A DNA stretch of 64,000 nt from Ruminococcus flavefaciens (GTDB lineage: Bacteria; Bacillota; Clostridia; Oscillospirales; Ruminococcaceae). Of the stretch, positions 39,215 to 49,649 are shown piece after piece (the first letter of the stretch is position 1; each line of letters begins with the position of its first letter). The notes beneath the pieces are model-generated. The model was given only the letters and a program-made list of their open reading frames with translations, had not been told where the DNA came from and did no database searches. The position numbers were made by a program, and so were the translations under genes. The stretch is from positions 4,732 through 68,731 of the forward strand of contig DBYI01000102.1 of the NCBI GenBank assembly GCA_002310115.1, written 5' to 3'.

Positions 39215-41587
39215 ATGAATACTTTCCTGTTTTTTTTAATGCTTGCGGTCTCTGTCACTGTGATCGCTGTTTTTCTGCGTGAAATGTGGAACGATCTCAA
39301 TGGTGACAAAAAGTCTGAAAATAAAAGTAATGTAATACAGACCGTTTCTCGCTGCGTTGCTTTGCTTCTTGTATTTGTAGCAGCTGCTGAGGCTCTCGGT
39401 ATTTTCAGTATTTCCGAATACAAGGGAGCCTTTCTGCTACTAGGAGGCATGGTAGGACTATCCCTGTTCATGTGTATTTTTAACAAGAAGCGAAGATACA
39501 AAATCGCGCTTACTGCGATAAAAGCTATTCTCATTGCTTCAGTCCTTGAAATTACACTCTTCAATATTCCTTCTTATCGCCTTTGGTTTGGAAATTACGG
39601 TGAGATGTACTTCACAGCGGAGGAGTGCAAAAGAAGCGAAAATGTCCAGTACCGTGCAAATGGAAGAGATATCGCTGTACAAGGCAGCTATACAGCAGTT
39701 TTTCGTTTTGACAACATTGATGAAGAAGTAGCTGATGTATTTATCGACACCGAATGTGCACAGTCTACAAAAGGTGCACTCATAACCATAGATACTATGG
39801 ATGAGACCAATGCCTGTGAATACCGTGAAGGCATTGCAACTCAACTTATCGCCAAGGACAAGCCGCATTCACAGTATGTGCAGCTGCATCTTTCAGGAAA
39901 TGCAAGCAGTATTAAGGTTAAGATTGCTCCACTCGATAATGGTATCGTCATTGTCAAGGGCATAGGCTTCAACAGTCAGATACCAATGAGTATATCATGG
40001 ATGAGAGTTCTACTCATTGTGTTCGGAGTCTGTCTTGCTAAATTCATGGTTTCAAGCAAGACAGCAGAAAATAGCATTTCTGACAGCAAAAGACTGTGCA
40101 GGATAGCTTCCGTCATAATCACAGATATAGCCTGTATAGCTGCTATTCTTGTCACTTTCGTAAAACTCGATAATTACTCTATTATCGACATCATGAAGCG
40201 TCCTTCTGGCAATCAGATGACTCAGGAACTCGTTGAAGCTTTTGAAAACGGAAGTACCCGGATACTTGACGAGCCAACAGAGGAGCTAAACAGCTTTCCG
40301 AACCCATATACCGGAGACGCCCGTGATAAGGCAAACCTCAAATATAAATGGGATCACGTATACTATGACGGACATTACTTCAGCTATTACGGAATTGCGC
40401 CTGTTGTTCTGCTATTCCTGCCATACCATGCACTTACAGGATACTATTTTCCTGATTCTCTGGCAGTTCTCTTGTTTGCACTTCTCGGTATCGTAGGACT
40501 CACTAAACTTTACATGGAGTTCTTAAAGAAACTGTTTCCCCAAACCCCTGCAGGTATCGCAATCTGCGGACTTATCATAATACAGACAGTCAGCGGAATA
40601 TGGTTCAGCATAGGACGTCCTGAATTCTACGAAATAGCTATGGCGGCAGGCTTTGCCTCTCTCACGTGGGCGGTATATTTCATGCTGTCCGCTGATATAC
40701 TTGGCAATGAGAAGCCCAAACTCTCACGCACTGCCATTTCTTCGCTGCTTTTCGCTATAGCAGTACTTTGCAGACCTACTCTCGTACTTTACTGCATAAC
40801 AGCAGCATTGTTTATGATCATGGCTCTCCCGAAAGTAAAGTCTTCTGACAAAAAATTTTCAAGCAATAGATCTTTCCGCTATCTGCTCTGTGCTCTGCTG
40901 CCAATGGCTTGTATTGGAATTGTTCAGATGTGGTACAACTATGACCGCTTTGGCAACCCATTTGAGTTTGGTATACAGTATTCTCTTACTATTAATGACT
41001 TCACAAAAACTCAGTTTCACAGTCGTCTTTCGCTGATACCAGTGTACAACTATTTCTTCAATCCCCCTGTTTTTTCCATGAAATACCCTATAGTCAGCAC
41101 AGAGTTCCAGTCAATGAACGCTGGTGGTTTCTTTTACTTTGATTATCCGTCAACCGCAAATACTTCAGGACTCTTCTTCCTTGCACTCCCAATGTTTGCG
41201 TATCTGTTGTCGTTAAGGGCTCTCAGTAAGCTGAAAGGCCGTAGGAAGAAGCTTGCAACTTCAATATATGTTGCTGTCCCATGTCTTTTCATACCATTCG
41301 GCATAGTAGCTTCCGTATGGGAAAGCGGCTACGCAGTTCGCTACATGTCAGACTTCGCATGGCAGTCACTGCTGGGCGCTTTCGCGATATTATTCTTCTT
41401 ATGCAATAAAACCAAAGATGCAACAAAGAAGAAGCTGATAAACGGATTTATGTGTTTTGCAGTAATATGGGCGCTCATAGTTGGCGGAGTTCAGGAATTC
41501 AATCAGGCATTCCGCTATGACACATATGACAGAAGCTTCCCTGAAATGGCTTATGAAGTTCAGCGTATGTTCGCATTCTGGACATGA
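39215..41587 (+). CDS. Large polytopic membrane protein, possibly a GT-C fold glycosyltransferase
   Basis: More than 10 hydrophobic segments, two large loops, motifs D..YYDG.Y.SYYG..P, FYE, CRP, YN..RFG.P.EFG. Confidence 0.55.
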   Translation: MNTFLFFLMLAVSVTVIAVFLREMWNDLNGDKKSENKSNVIQTVSRCVALLLVFVAAAEALGIFSISEYKGAFLLLGGMVGLSLFMCIFNKKRRYKIALTAIKAILIASVLEITLFNIPSYRLWFGNYGEMYFTAEECKRSENVQYRANGRDIAVQGSYTAVFRFDNIDEEVADVFIDTECAQSTKGALITIDTMDETNACEYREGIATQLIAKDKPHSQYVQLHLSGNASSIKVKIAPLDNGIVIVKGIGFNSQIPMSISWMRVLLIVFGVCLAKFMVSSKTAENSISDSKRLCRIASVIITDIACIAAILVTFVKLDNYSIIDIMKRPSGNQMTQELVEAFENGSTRILDEPTEELNSFPNPYTGDARDKANLKYKWDHVYYDGHYFSYYGIAPVVLLFLPYHALTGYYFPDSLAVLLFALLGIVGLTKLYMEFLKKLFPQTPAGIAICGLIIIQTVSGIWFSIGRPEFYEIAMAAGFASLTWAVYFMLSADILGNEKPKLSRTAISSLLFAIAVLCRPTLVLYCITAALFMIMALPKVKSSDKKFSSNRSFRYLLCALLPMACIGIVQMWYNYDRFGNPFEFGIQYSLTINDFTKTQFHSRLSLIPVYNYFFNPPVFSMKYPIVSTEFQSMNAGGFFYFDYPSTANTSGLFFLALPMFAYLLSLRALSKLKGRRKKLATSIYVAVPCLFIPFGIVASVWESGYAVRYMSDFAWQSLLGAFAILFFLCNKTKDATKKKLINGFMCFAVIWALIVGGVQEFNQAFRYDTYDRSFPEMAYEVQRMFAFWT

Positions 41588-41895
41588 TGTACTACGTATA
41601 TATCATTAAATGTTCGGGAAATACACTTTATACAGGCATTACCAACGACATTGACCGTCGTATGAATGAGCATTTCGGTCGAACGGAAAAATGTGCGAAG
41701 TTCACACGATCTCACAAGGCGATTTCCCTTGAGGCGCTGTGGAACTGTGAAAACCGCAGTATTGCTTCGAAACTCGAATACCGCATTAAACGACTCACAA
41801 AAGAACAGAAATCAGCACTTATTGCTGATAATTCCATTTTTTCTCAGCTCTTCGGAGAGGAACTTTCTGAGCTTTTCCACCGTGAAATTATCTGA
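41584..41895 (+). CDS. GIY-YIG nuclease family protein (UPF0213-like)
   Basis: YYVYII.C...LYTGITND..RR...H, A.KLE..IK. Confidence 0.9.
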   Translation: MMYYVYIIKCSGNTLYTGITNDIDRRMNEHFGRTEKCAKFTRSHKAISLEALWNCENRSIASKLEYRIKRLTKEQKSALIADNSIFSQLFGEELSELFHREII

Positions 41896-41908
41896 TAAGG
41901 AGTACCCT

Positions 41909-43156
41909 ATGTACGAAATCAAAACAGAAGAAATTCCCGTAAAAACCGTTCTTGCCTGTGTCGATACAGGCGAATTTGACGCGGAAGCCTCAATAGATGA
42001 GCTTGCTGAGCTCGCAACAACTGCAAATGCAGATGTAGTCGGCTCTATTATACAGAAACGCCCAACCTTTGACCCAGCTACCTGTATGGGTGCAGGAAGA
42101 CTCGATGAACTGAAAGAGCAGCTTGATGCGCTGAATGCTGAGTTAGTAATTTTCGATCATGAACTCACAGGTGTTCAGGTGCGTAATATAGAGGATATCC
42201 TTGATGTCCGCGTTATCGATAGAACTACTCTAATTCTTGATATCTTTGCTCAGAGAGCACGTACAAAAGAAGGTAAACTCCAAGTCGAGCTGGCTCAGCA
42301 GAAATACCGTCTGCCACGACTGACGGGTATGGGTACTGCCCTTTCAAGGCTTGGCGGCGGTATCGGCACAAGAGGCCCAGGAGAAACAAAGCTTGAAACT
42401 GACAAAAGACATATCAGAAAACGTATTAGTTACCTTGAAGCAGAACTTGAAGAACTCAAAAAGCACCGTAATTTCTCACGTTCACGCCGCAAAAAAGACG
42501 GTATCCTATGTGCAGCTATTGTCGGATATACTAACGTTGGTAAATCTACTCTGCTTAACGCTTTGACTGACGCAGGAGTTCTTGCGGAAAACAAACTTTT
42601 TGCAACTCTTGATATAACATCACGCTCCATTGAGCTTCCAGACGGCAGAAATGTTATGCTCATTGATACTGTCGGTCTCATAAGAAGACTTCCCCATAAT
42701 CTTGTCGAAGCGTTCAAGTCCACACTTGAAGAAGCAGCAGCAGCCGATATAATCCTCAATGTGCAGGATCTCTCCTCACCAGAAATAAAAGAACAAGCAG
42801 AAGTCACTGAAAGTCTGTTGAATGAGCTTGGATGCGAAGGAATCCCCCAGATTTACGTTATGAACAAATCGGACGCAGCACCATTTACAGATACGGTCTT
42901 TGAGGACGATAATACCGTAATGATAAGCGCAAAGGAGCATACCGGATTCGACAAGCTTCTAGAATGCATAATGAAAAACCTTCCTGAAACATCAAAACGC
43001 ATGAAACTCCTCATTCCATTTGATAAAGGCGGATTTCTTGGCAAAATCCGTCAGGACGGCAAAATTTTCTCCGAGGAATACTTTGAAAACGGAACTCTCA
43101 TTGACGCTCTTGTCGACGTAAAACTCATAAAAGAAGCAGAGGAATACAAGGCTTGA
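41909..43156 (+). CDS. hflX: Ribosome-splitting GTPase HflX
   Basis: ILDIFAQRA, GTRGPGE..LE.D, GYTNVGKS, LFATLD, DTVG, NKSD; start MYEIK after AAGGAG. Confidence 0.96.
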   Translation: MYEIKTEEIPVKTVLACVDTGEFDAEASIDELAELATTANADVVGSIIQKRPTFDPATCMGAGRLDELKEQLDALNAELVIFDHELTGVQVRNIEDILDVRVIDRTTLILDIFAQRARTKEGKLQVELAQQKYRLPRLTGMGTALSRLGGGIGTRGPGETKLETDKRHIRKRISYLEAELEELKKHRNFSRSRRKKDGILCAAIVGYTNVGKSTLLNALTDAGVLAENKLFATLDITSRSIELPDGRNVMLIDTVGLIRRLPHNLVEAFKSTLEEAAAADIILNVQDLSSPEIKEQAEVTESLLNELGCEGIPQIYVMNKSDAAPFTDTVFEDDNTVMISAKEHTGFDKLLECIMKNLPETSKRMKLLIPFDKGGFLGKIRQDGKIFSEEYFENGTLIDALVDVKLIKEAEEYKA

Positions 43157-43175
43157 GCGATTTCATAGAAATTCG

Positions 43176-43204
43176 TTGACACAAGTATTCAAATAAGCTA
43201 TAAT
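43176..43204 (+). promoter_or_regulatory. Sigma-A promoter
   Basis: TTGACA-17 bp-TATAAT. Confidence 0.85.
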
Positions 43205-43308
43205 CTAAGTGAATAGTAATAGTGGTTAGCCATTATGCAGCCCACCTCTCATTGTAAAGATGTATATTATCCACCATTACAAATAGAGATAAAACGAAAG
43301 GATAAAAA

Positions 43309-44589
43309 ATGAACAGTAAATTATACGACATATATGGCTTCGACAGTCGGCTTGCCCAGCTAGCCGCTCAAGCAGAGATGAACTGTGCCGAAGCTTTCTA
43401 TAAAATAAACGAGACCGCAGAATACTGTGGTGCAAAGGTACTCAAAGCATTCTCCGACAACAAGGTAAGTGAGCCATGTTTTTACGGTTCAACTGGCTAT
43501 GGCTATGGTGACATGGGCAGAGAAGTGATAGATAAGGTCTTCGCACAGGCTCTCGGAGCAGAGGACGCTCTCGTTAGATTCAATTTCGTATCTGGCACTC
43601 ACGCTCTTTCTGTAGCTCTTTTCGGAGTTCTCAGGACTGGTGACAAGATAGTCTCCATAACAGGAAAACCTTATGATACTCTTGAAGAAGTTATCGGAAT
43701 AAGCGGTGAAAAGGGCAGTGGATCACTAATTGACTACGGAGTGGAATACGGTCAGGTCGACCTCACTTCGGACGGAACACCTAAGCTTGATGAGATAACA
43801 AAAGCCGTAAAGGATGCTAAAGTTGCATATATACAGCGCTCACGCGGATATTCTCTCCGTGGTGCTTTCACCATAGAAGATATAGAAAAAATGGTAAATG
43901 CCGCTAAAAAAGGCAATCCTAACATTATTGTCATGGTAGACAACTGCTACGGTGAATTTGTTGAAGACAGAGAGCCAACGGCTGTCGGGGCAGACGTTAT
44001 TATTGGCTCTCTCATAAAGAATGCTGGTGGTGGAATTGCACGTACAGGTGGATATATAGCAGGCAGAGCCGATCTTGTTGAGCTCTGCTCATATCGTCTT
44101 ACCTGCGTAGGAATGGGAAAGGAAGTTGGCTGCACTCTTGGTATGAACCGTGAGATGCTCATGGGAATATTCTTTGCACCTGATGTTGTCGCAAACGCCA
44201 TAAAGACCTGCACATTTGCAAGTGAACTCTTCACACTTCTAGGATTCGAGTGCTCGCCGCGCAAAAACGAGAAACGTGGTGACATCATCACTGCAGTAAA
44301 GCTAGGAAATGAAAAGCTCCTTTGCGCTTTCTGCCGCGGAATTCAGAAAGGCGCTCCTGTTGACTCGTTTGTAACACCTGAGCCTTGGGATATGCCTGGC
44401 TATTCAAGTCAGGTCATAATGGCAGCAGGAGCTTTCACAAACGGAGCTTCCATTGAACTATCTGCTGATGCTCCACTCCGTGAACCATATGCAGTATGGA
44501 TGCAAGGTGGAATCACCTACACAAGCGGTAAGCTTGGCGTAATGCTTGCGGCACAGGAAATGCTTTCTGAAGGACTTATAAACATATAA
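43309..44589 (+). CDS. YnbB/aluminium-resistance family PLP enzyme (methionine gamma-lyase-like)
   Basis: GYGYGD.GR, SGTHA, QRSRGY, DNCYGEF, GSLIKN.GGG, IELSADAP.R.PY. Confidence 0.9.
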   Translation: MNSKLYDIYGFDSRLAQLAAQAEMNCAEAFYKINETAEYCGAKVLKAFSDNKVSEPCFYGSTGYGYGDMGREVIDKVFAQALGAEDALVRFNFVSGTHALSVALFGVLRTGDKIVSITGKPYDTLEEVIGISGEKGSGSLIDYGVEYGQVDLTSDGTPKLDEITKAVKDAKVAYIQRSRGYSLRGAFTIEDIEKMVNAAKKGNPNIIVMVDNCYGEFVEDREPTAVGADVIIGSLIKNAGGGIARTGGYIAGRADLVELCSYRLTCVGMGKEVGCTLGMNREMLMGIFFAPDVVANAIKTCTFASELFTLLGFECSPRKNEKRGDIITAVKLGNEKLLCAFCRGIQKGAPVDSFVTPEPWDMPGYSSQVIMAAGAFTNGASIELSADAPLREPYAVWMQGGITYTSGKLGVMLAAQEMLSEGLINI

Positions 44590-44617
44590 AATTACAAACA
44601 AACAGGAGGAAAAAATT

Positions 44618-44959
44618 ATGCCATTTATTAACGTCAAGACTAATGTTTCTGTTTCAGATGAGCAGAAAACAAGTATCAAATCTGCCATGGGACGTGCTAT
44701 AACAGCTATCCCCGGGAAGTCAGAGGGCTGGCTCATGGTAGGCATCGAACCTGAGTACAACCTGTGGTTCAAAGGCGAGGATGCTCCGGCAGCTATGGTT
44801 GAGGTATCAATCTTTGGCAGTGCTTCTTCAAACGCACTGACTACTCTCACAAGCCATATAACAGGTATTCTTACCGATAATATCGGCATCCCGTCAGACA
44901 GAGTTTACGTAAAATACACAAGTACGAACGAATGGGGCTGGAATGGCTCTAACTTCTGA
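44618..44959 (+). CDS. MIF-like tautomerase family protein
   Basis: N-terminal catalytic Pro (MPFI), GK.E.W.MV, C-terminal WGWNG.NF. Confidence 0.85.
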   Translation: MPFINVKTNVSVSDEQKTSIKSAMGRAITAIPGKSEGWLMVGIEPEYNLWFKGEDAPAAMVEVSIFGSASSNALTTLTSHITGILTDNIGIPSDRVYVKYTSTNEWGWNGSNF

Positions 44960-44969
44960 GGTGATAACT

Positions 44970-46619
44970 ATGAAAATTACAAAATTCTGCGGACTCCTCT
45001 CAGCAGCTGTGTTATGTGTTTCATCTGCAAACGCAATGAATATCAGCGAAAACGTTCTAACGGTTACAGCAGATGAGTGGTGCTATGCAGGAGAGACCTG
45101 CGAACCATTGCACGATACTTCACGTGACGTTCAGAACGAGGGCGTGGGCAATCCATTAAACTTCGGCGAGAGAAATACGCCTGCTGACGCTTCTACAGCT
45201 GAAATACGTGCTATCAACCATAAAATGACCGTTCAGGAAGTAAAATACGCTCTCTACAAGGAAATAGATGAGCACTGGGATCTTATTTCAACACGTCTTG
45301 GCCAGACAGATCGTGAAAAAATGTATGCTCTCTTCCTCGGACTCGGTTCAAGAGAATCCACTCTTGGTGAGGGTAAAATTGGATCCGACCATGAAACAGC
45401 ATATGAGGACGGCTGGGGAGTTAACTCCGCCCATGCATATGGCACATTGCAGACTGCAGTTACTGCATTCAAAGACTGCGATCCAAAGTTCATGCCTGAA
45501 GACAATGTCCCTGAAATGTTCCAGTATTCATTTACTGAATCCAACTTCTATGACTGTATTATTTCAAATCATATGGGAATCAGAAAGATACTCCACTTTG
45601 CAGAGATATGTATAGACGAACAGGATATGCACGATTATCAGGTAATAAGGAACAGCCTAAAGGGCTTCAATACAGGCTGGTGCACAAAGGCTGAAGATGA
45701 CGGTGCCTATGCTACCTACGCAGATGAGATATGTGCAATGGCGCAGTTCTACTACTATGAAGGACATCTCTATGATAACGTATTCACATGGACCTCAGCT
45801 AACGGAGATAAAATCAATAAATATCGTACTGCTGACCGCTGGGATTGGTGGGGCGACGGTGTACCTAGCATGGATCCCATAGAGGACAAGCCAACCACTA
45901 CAACTACTTCAACAACAACATCTACTACAACTACTTCAACAACCACGACAACAACTACATCATCATCAACATCATTAGCGACTACCACTACTAAAAAAGC
46001 TACTACAAATTTAAATACTGGTACCGTATTTATTGCAGATTTTAATGAAGTTATTTCTTATCCGACAAAGACAGTTTATAATGTCGGTGAAAAACTTGAT
46101 ATTACTGGGCTCAATATTGATTCAAGTCGCGGAACATATGAAATTGATAAATCTAATATTGAAAAATATACTATTAACGAATTTGTTATCGCTGACAAAA
46201 GCGGAAGCCAAGTACGCAGCAATAATTTCAATACACTTCCCGCAGGCGTGTATACGGTAAGTTATGACGACTATATATATGTCAATCGTGATGGTAGCGT
46301 CAATATAAACATTCGTGATGTTAAATTCTCTTATGAAGTAACAATTAAAGGTAAATCTATTGTAGGCGAGCTATTTTACGGTGATGCAAACTGCGATGGT
46401 AATGTTGATATGTCTGATGCCGTACTAATCATGCAGGCTTTGGCAAATCCAAATAAGTATGGTGTAAACGGCTCCGATGAAAATCATATCACCACTAAAG
46501 GACTTGATAATGCCGATGTAGACGCTTCAAGCAAAGGTCTAACCACAAATGACGCTCTGCGTATACAGGAATATCTGTTGCATAAGATAGCAAGTCTTGA
46601 GCCAATCATTGACGGCTGA
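44970..46619 (+). CDS. Dockerin-bearing GH124-like endoglucanase (SP-GH124-T linker-Ig-like-dockerin)
   Basis: REST, HAYG.LQTA, MPE.NVPEM.QY.FTE.NFYD..IS.HMGIR..LHFA, GFNTGW, YADE match my recollection of C. thermocellum Cel124; C-terminal dockerin GDANCDGNVDMSDAV. Confidence 0.8.
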   Translation: MKITKFCGLLSAAVLCVSSANAMNISENVLTVTADEWCYAGETCEPLHDTSRDVQNEGVGNPLNFGERNTPADASTAEIRAINHKMTVQEVKYALYKEIDEHWDLISTRLGQTDREKMYALFLGLGSRESTLGEGKIGSDHETAYEDGWGVNSAHAYGTLQTAVTAFKDCDPKFMPEDNVPEMFQYSFTESNFYDCIISNHMGIRKILHFAEICIDEQDMHDYQVIRNSLKGFNTGWCTKAEDDGAYATYADEICAMAQFYYYEGHLYDNVFTWTSANGDKINKYRTADRWDWWGDGVPSMDPIEDKPTTTTTSTTTSTTTTSTTTTTTTSSSTSLATTTTKKATTNLNTGTVFIADFNEVISYPTKTVYNVGEKLDITGLNIDSSRGTYEIDKSNIEKYTINEFVIADKSGSQVRSNNFNTLPAGVYTVSYDDYIYVNRDGSVNINIRDVKFSYEVTIKGKSIVGELFYGDANCDGNVDMSDAVLIMQALANPNKYGVNGSDENHITTKGLDNADVDASSKGLTTNDALRIQEYLLHKIASLEPIIDG

Positions 46620-46636
46620 AAAACATAAAACAAGAA

Positions 46637-46682
46637 CAATCCCGAAAACAGTCACAAAAAGAACTGTTTTCGGGATTGTTTT
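46637..46682. terminator. Bidirectional terminator
   Basis: CAATCCCGAAAACAG/CTGTTTTCGGGATTG stem between convergent genes. Confidence 0.75.
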
Positions 46683-46702
46683 ATAATAAAATAATTGTAT
46701 TG

Positions 46703-47335
46703 TTATATTATCTGTTTTTGGCAAAAATCCATTCTTAATAGAGCTTTACCATTTGGGAGAGCTGCCAAGCTTTGAAAGATGACCGAATAGCCTGCTTTCT
46801 CCATAACGGCTGTCAATTCTTTCTGATCTATCTGATGATGTACCTCATCTAGCCTGTCAAATGCATGAAGATAAGGAGAATCCGAAACCCAGCTTTTTTC
46901 GTCAGTATTTATCTGTATCACACTGGAAACATACTCAGCTCCGACCTGCATCACAGCTTTCACAAAAGCCGAATACCCTATATATTCAATAAGCAGATTG
47001 GCTATCAGAAGCTGGGCATTGGGCAGTTTATCCGTCTCCTTTGTAAGGTCAAGGCGAAGGTACCTAAATATATGTGATATACTCTCATATCGTTCAGATA
47101 CCGCACGGAGATACTCTTCATTTATGTCAACGCCATAAACTCTTTTGTATTTCCTGATATCAATGTGTTTGAGCCCATTTCCGCCTGCAACTCCAAGTAT
47201 CATTGCCGTTTCAACATGATAAGCATCAAACTGGTCTTTCATGATAAGATCAAGAGCCTGAAGCTGCTTCACGCTGTCAAGACTCATGTGACTTTCATAA
47301 TCATCAAGACTAATCTCTTCCCATGGATTGCTCAT
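46703..47335 (-). CDS. Class I SAM-dependent methyltransferase
   Basis: ILGVAGGNG motif I, GVDIN, LLIEY. Confidence 0.8.
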   Translation of the reverse strand: MSNPWEEISLDDYESHMSLDSVKQLQALDLIMKDQFDAYHVETAMILGVAGGNGLKHIDIRKYKRVYGVDINEEYLRAVSERYESISHIFRYLRLDLTKETDKLPNAQLLIANLLIEYIGYSAFVKAVMQVGAEYVSSVIQINTDEKSWVSDSPYLHAFDRLDEVHHQIDQKELTAVMEKAGYSVIFQSLAALPNGKALLRMDFCQKQII

Positions 47336-47338
47336 GAT

Positions 47339-47599
47339 TCAGGCATTCTTCTGCTCGTCATAAGCCTTGCGTACAGCCAAACAAAGCTGATCGGCACAGG
47401 AAGTTGGACGTACTCCGCATGTGTTACCCTTAAGTTTTGCCTCTATCTGCTCAACAGTCCAGCCGTCCAGTACCTTTGAAATAGCTTTGAGATTACCGTT
47501 GCAACCGCCTACAAAAGAGATATTAGTTATAACGTCACCATTGATATCAAAGCTTATCTCCTGCGAACAGACCATTTTTGTCTTATATGTATACTTCAT
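47339..47599 (-). CDS. TIGR03905 family TSCPD-domain protein
   Basis: VCS..I, GGC.GNL, CG.RPTSCADQL. Confidence 0.88.
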   Translation of the reverse strand: MKYTYKTKMVCSQEISFDINGDVITNISFVGGCNGNLKAISKVLDGWTVEQIEAKLKGNTCGVRPTSCADQLCLAVRKAYDEQKNA

Positions 47600-47808
47600 T
47601 TTTTTCTTTCCTTTCTGCTTTGGGTTTATCCTTATAATAAGATTTTATACTATCTGACCACTCTTGTCAATGAAAGTTTTCTGAAATCTGAGTGAAAAGG
47701 CGCTAATGTGACAAAACTGTTATTTTTTCCTTCAAATAATAGTTTACAAATAGCGAAAAATATGATATCATATATTTACAGACAAAAAAAGAAAAACTGG
47801 AGGAAACA

Positions 47809-48756
47809 ATGGCAGACAACAAAAAAAGAATAAAGTTCAAGAGTATTGCTATCCTTGAAGCTGTTATTATCCTTCTTCTTTTCATAGTCCTGATATGGGC
47901 TACTCTTATCCGCGGAAGAGCCGAAGCGGTACCGGCAAATGCAAACTCCGACAAACCGCAAGTCCGCAAAAGAGCCGTTATCGAAAAAGAAGAAGCCTTT
48001 TATCAGCTTGACGGGAAAAAAATACTCATGAATGATAGTACATACGGTGAGATTTTTGTCCCTGTTTACGAGGACGTTCCTGCAAGCACTATCAACACAG
48101 ATAATATCACCATGAGAAACGGCTATGCCTTCTATTCAGAAAATGGAGAGAACGTTTCAACATTAGGCGTTGACATTTCAGAATTTCAGGGTGATATCGA
48201 CTGGACGCAGGTGAAGCAGGCAGGTATTGATTTCGCGTTCATACGCATTGGATACCGAACTTACGGTGATGGTATTGTTACATACGATAGCGCTTTCCAG
48301 CGCAATATCGAGGGAGCTCAGGCGGCAGGAATAAAAGTAGGAGCTTACTTCTACTCACAGGCTATCACTGTTGAAGAGGCAGTTGATGAAGCAGACCATG
48401 TTATTGACGCTCTTGCGCCATATGATATAACCTATCCCGTTGTTTATGACTGGGAGATAGTACATGATGCCGCACGTACTGACAGCGTAAGCGTTGAAAC
48501 CCTTGCAGACTGCTGTGTAGCTTTCTGCGAAAGAATAAAGGATTCTGGATATACTCCTATGATATACCAGAATAGAGAAACCGCTATGCATAAACTTGAT
48601 CTTCCGCGCATTAAGGATTACGATTTCTGGCTTGCAGAATACGACGAAAAGCCTATATACTACTACGATTTCAAGATATGGCAGTATTCAAACACAGGCA
48701 GAATTCCAGGTATCGAAGGCAACGTCGACCTCAATATCTGCTTCAAACCATATTAA
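47809..48756 (+). CDS. Membrane-anchored GH25 muramidase
   Basis: N-terminal TM; GVDISEFQG.IDW, VGAYFYS, YDWE catalytic DxE, IWQYS..G..PGI.GNVDLN. Confidence 0.9.
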   Translation: MADNKKRIKFKSIAILEAVIILLLFIVLIWATLIRGRAEAVPANANSDKPQVRKRAVIEKEEAFYQLDGKKILMNDSTYGEIFVPVYEDVPASTINTDNITMRNGYAFYSENGENVSTLGVDISEFQGDIDWTQVKQAGIDFAFIRIGYRTYGDGIVTYDSAFQRNIEGAQAAGIKVGAYFYSQAITVEEAVDEADHVIDALAPYDITYPVVYDWEIVHDAARTDSVSVETLADCCVAFCERIKDSGYTPMIYQNRETAMHKLDLPRIKDYDFWLAEYDEKPIYYYDFKIWQYSNTGRIPGIEGNVDLNICFKPY

Positions 48757-48835
48757 TTATGTAAATGTAATAAAAGCCCTCAGACTTCGAGCGTTAGCTC
48801 ATGTAAAGACTGAGGGCTAAACTGAAGGTGAAAAT

Positions 48836-49623
48836 ATGGACAGCGTCAATATAAGTGGCGCAACTATCCTAGGCTATGGAATAACAGGGATAGTTTCTAT
48901 TCTTATGCCCTTTATCCTTGCCATTATTTGGAAGCGGATTACTGATGAGAAATACTTTGCAGCATTTGTGGGAGCTTTGGCTTTTTCTGTGCCGCGACTG
49001 TAAGAATTCTGCTTCGCGCCATGCTTCTGGGAAATTCAGGTCCCCTTCGAGAAAGTCCATTTGCATTTTATGCGACAAATGCACTGATATCCGGAGTTCT
49101 TGAAGAAACGGCACGTCTATTGTGCTTCAAATATTCCCTAAAAAATAAATCCTCCAGAAGCGTTTCGGTCATGCACGGCATAGGCCACGACGGCTTTGAA
49201 AGTATAACGGCTATAGGAATAGTGTCTTTTCAGTATGTTTCCTACCTTTCTACTGCCAAAAGTATAGGTATTGAAGCTTTTATGAAAGGAATTTCCGAAA
49301 CAGAAGCTCAGAATGTTGCAGATGGTATCTCTTCACTTGCTGATCAAAATTTTTTCAGCAGTCTTTTCGTAACTCTCGGTTCGGTTTCGTGAGCTGCTCT
49401 CCATATCGCCCTGTCTGTCATAGTATTCTCAGCTTTGCAGCAATTTGAATGGAAAAAGTTGTTCCTGCTCGCGGTAGGACTTCATACTTTTGCCGACATA
49501 TTGCCGTATTTCGAGCATATCGGACGCATTACAATGGAGGGAGTGACAATCCTCAATATCATATTTACAACTGCTGTAAGCTGGTTTGCATACAAAAAGT
49601 ATCAGGAATTACCATATATATAA
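48836..49623 (+). pseudogene. YhfC/PrsW-like intramembrane metalloprotease pseudogene
   Basis: ATG at 48836, frameshift near the T run at 48982-48986 (stop at 49001), in-frame TGA at 49390; fragments carry GVLEETAR, GIGH.GFE, LHIALS, GLH motifs. Confidence 0.8.
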
Positions 49624-49649
49624 CCAAAAAGGCGGTCTCAATACCGCCT

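Noticed and set aside
41584..41895. GIY-YIG as a homing endonuclease or intron marker
   Set aside because: Short stand-alone UPF0213-like protein; neighbouring genes are uninterrupted
41666..41908. N-terminal extension of HflX in the ORF track
   Set aside because: Overlaps the GIY-YIG gene in another frame; a good SD precedes ATG 41909
47809..48756. GH25 as a prophage endolysin
   Set aside because: Membrane-anchored, with no holin or other phage genes nearby
49390..49392. Selenocysteine or read-through TGA
   Set aside because: Not at a plausible Cys site, no SECIS-like hairpin seen, and the gene also has a frameshift
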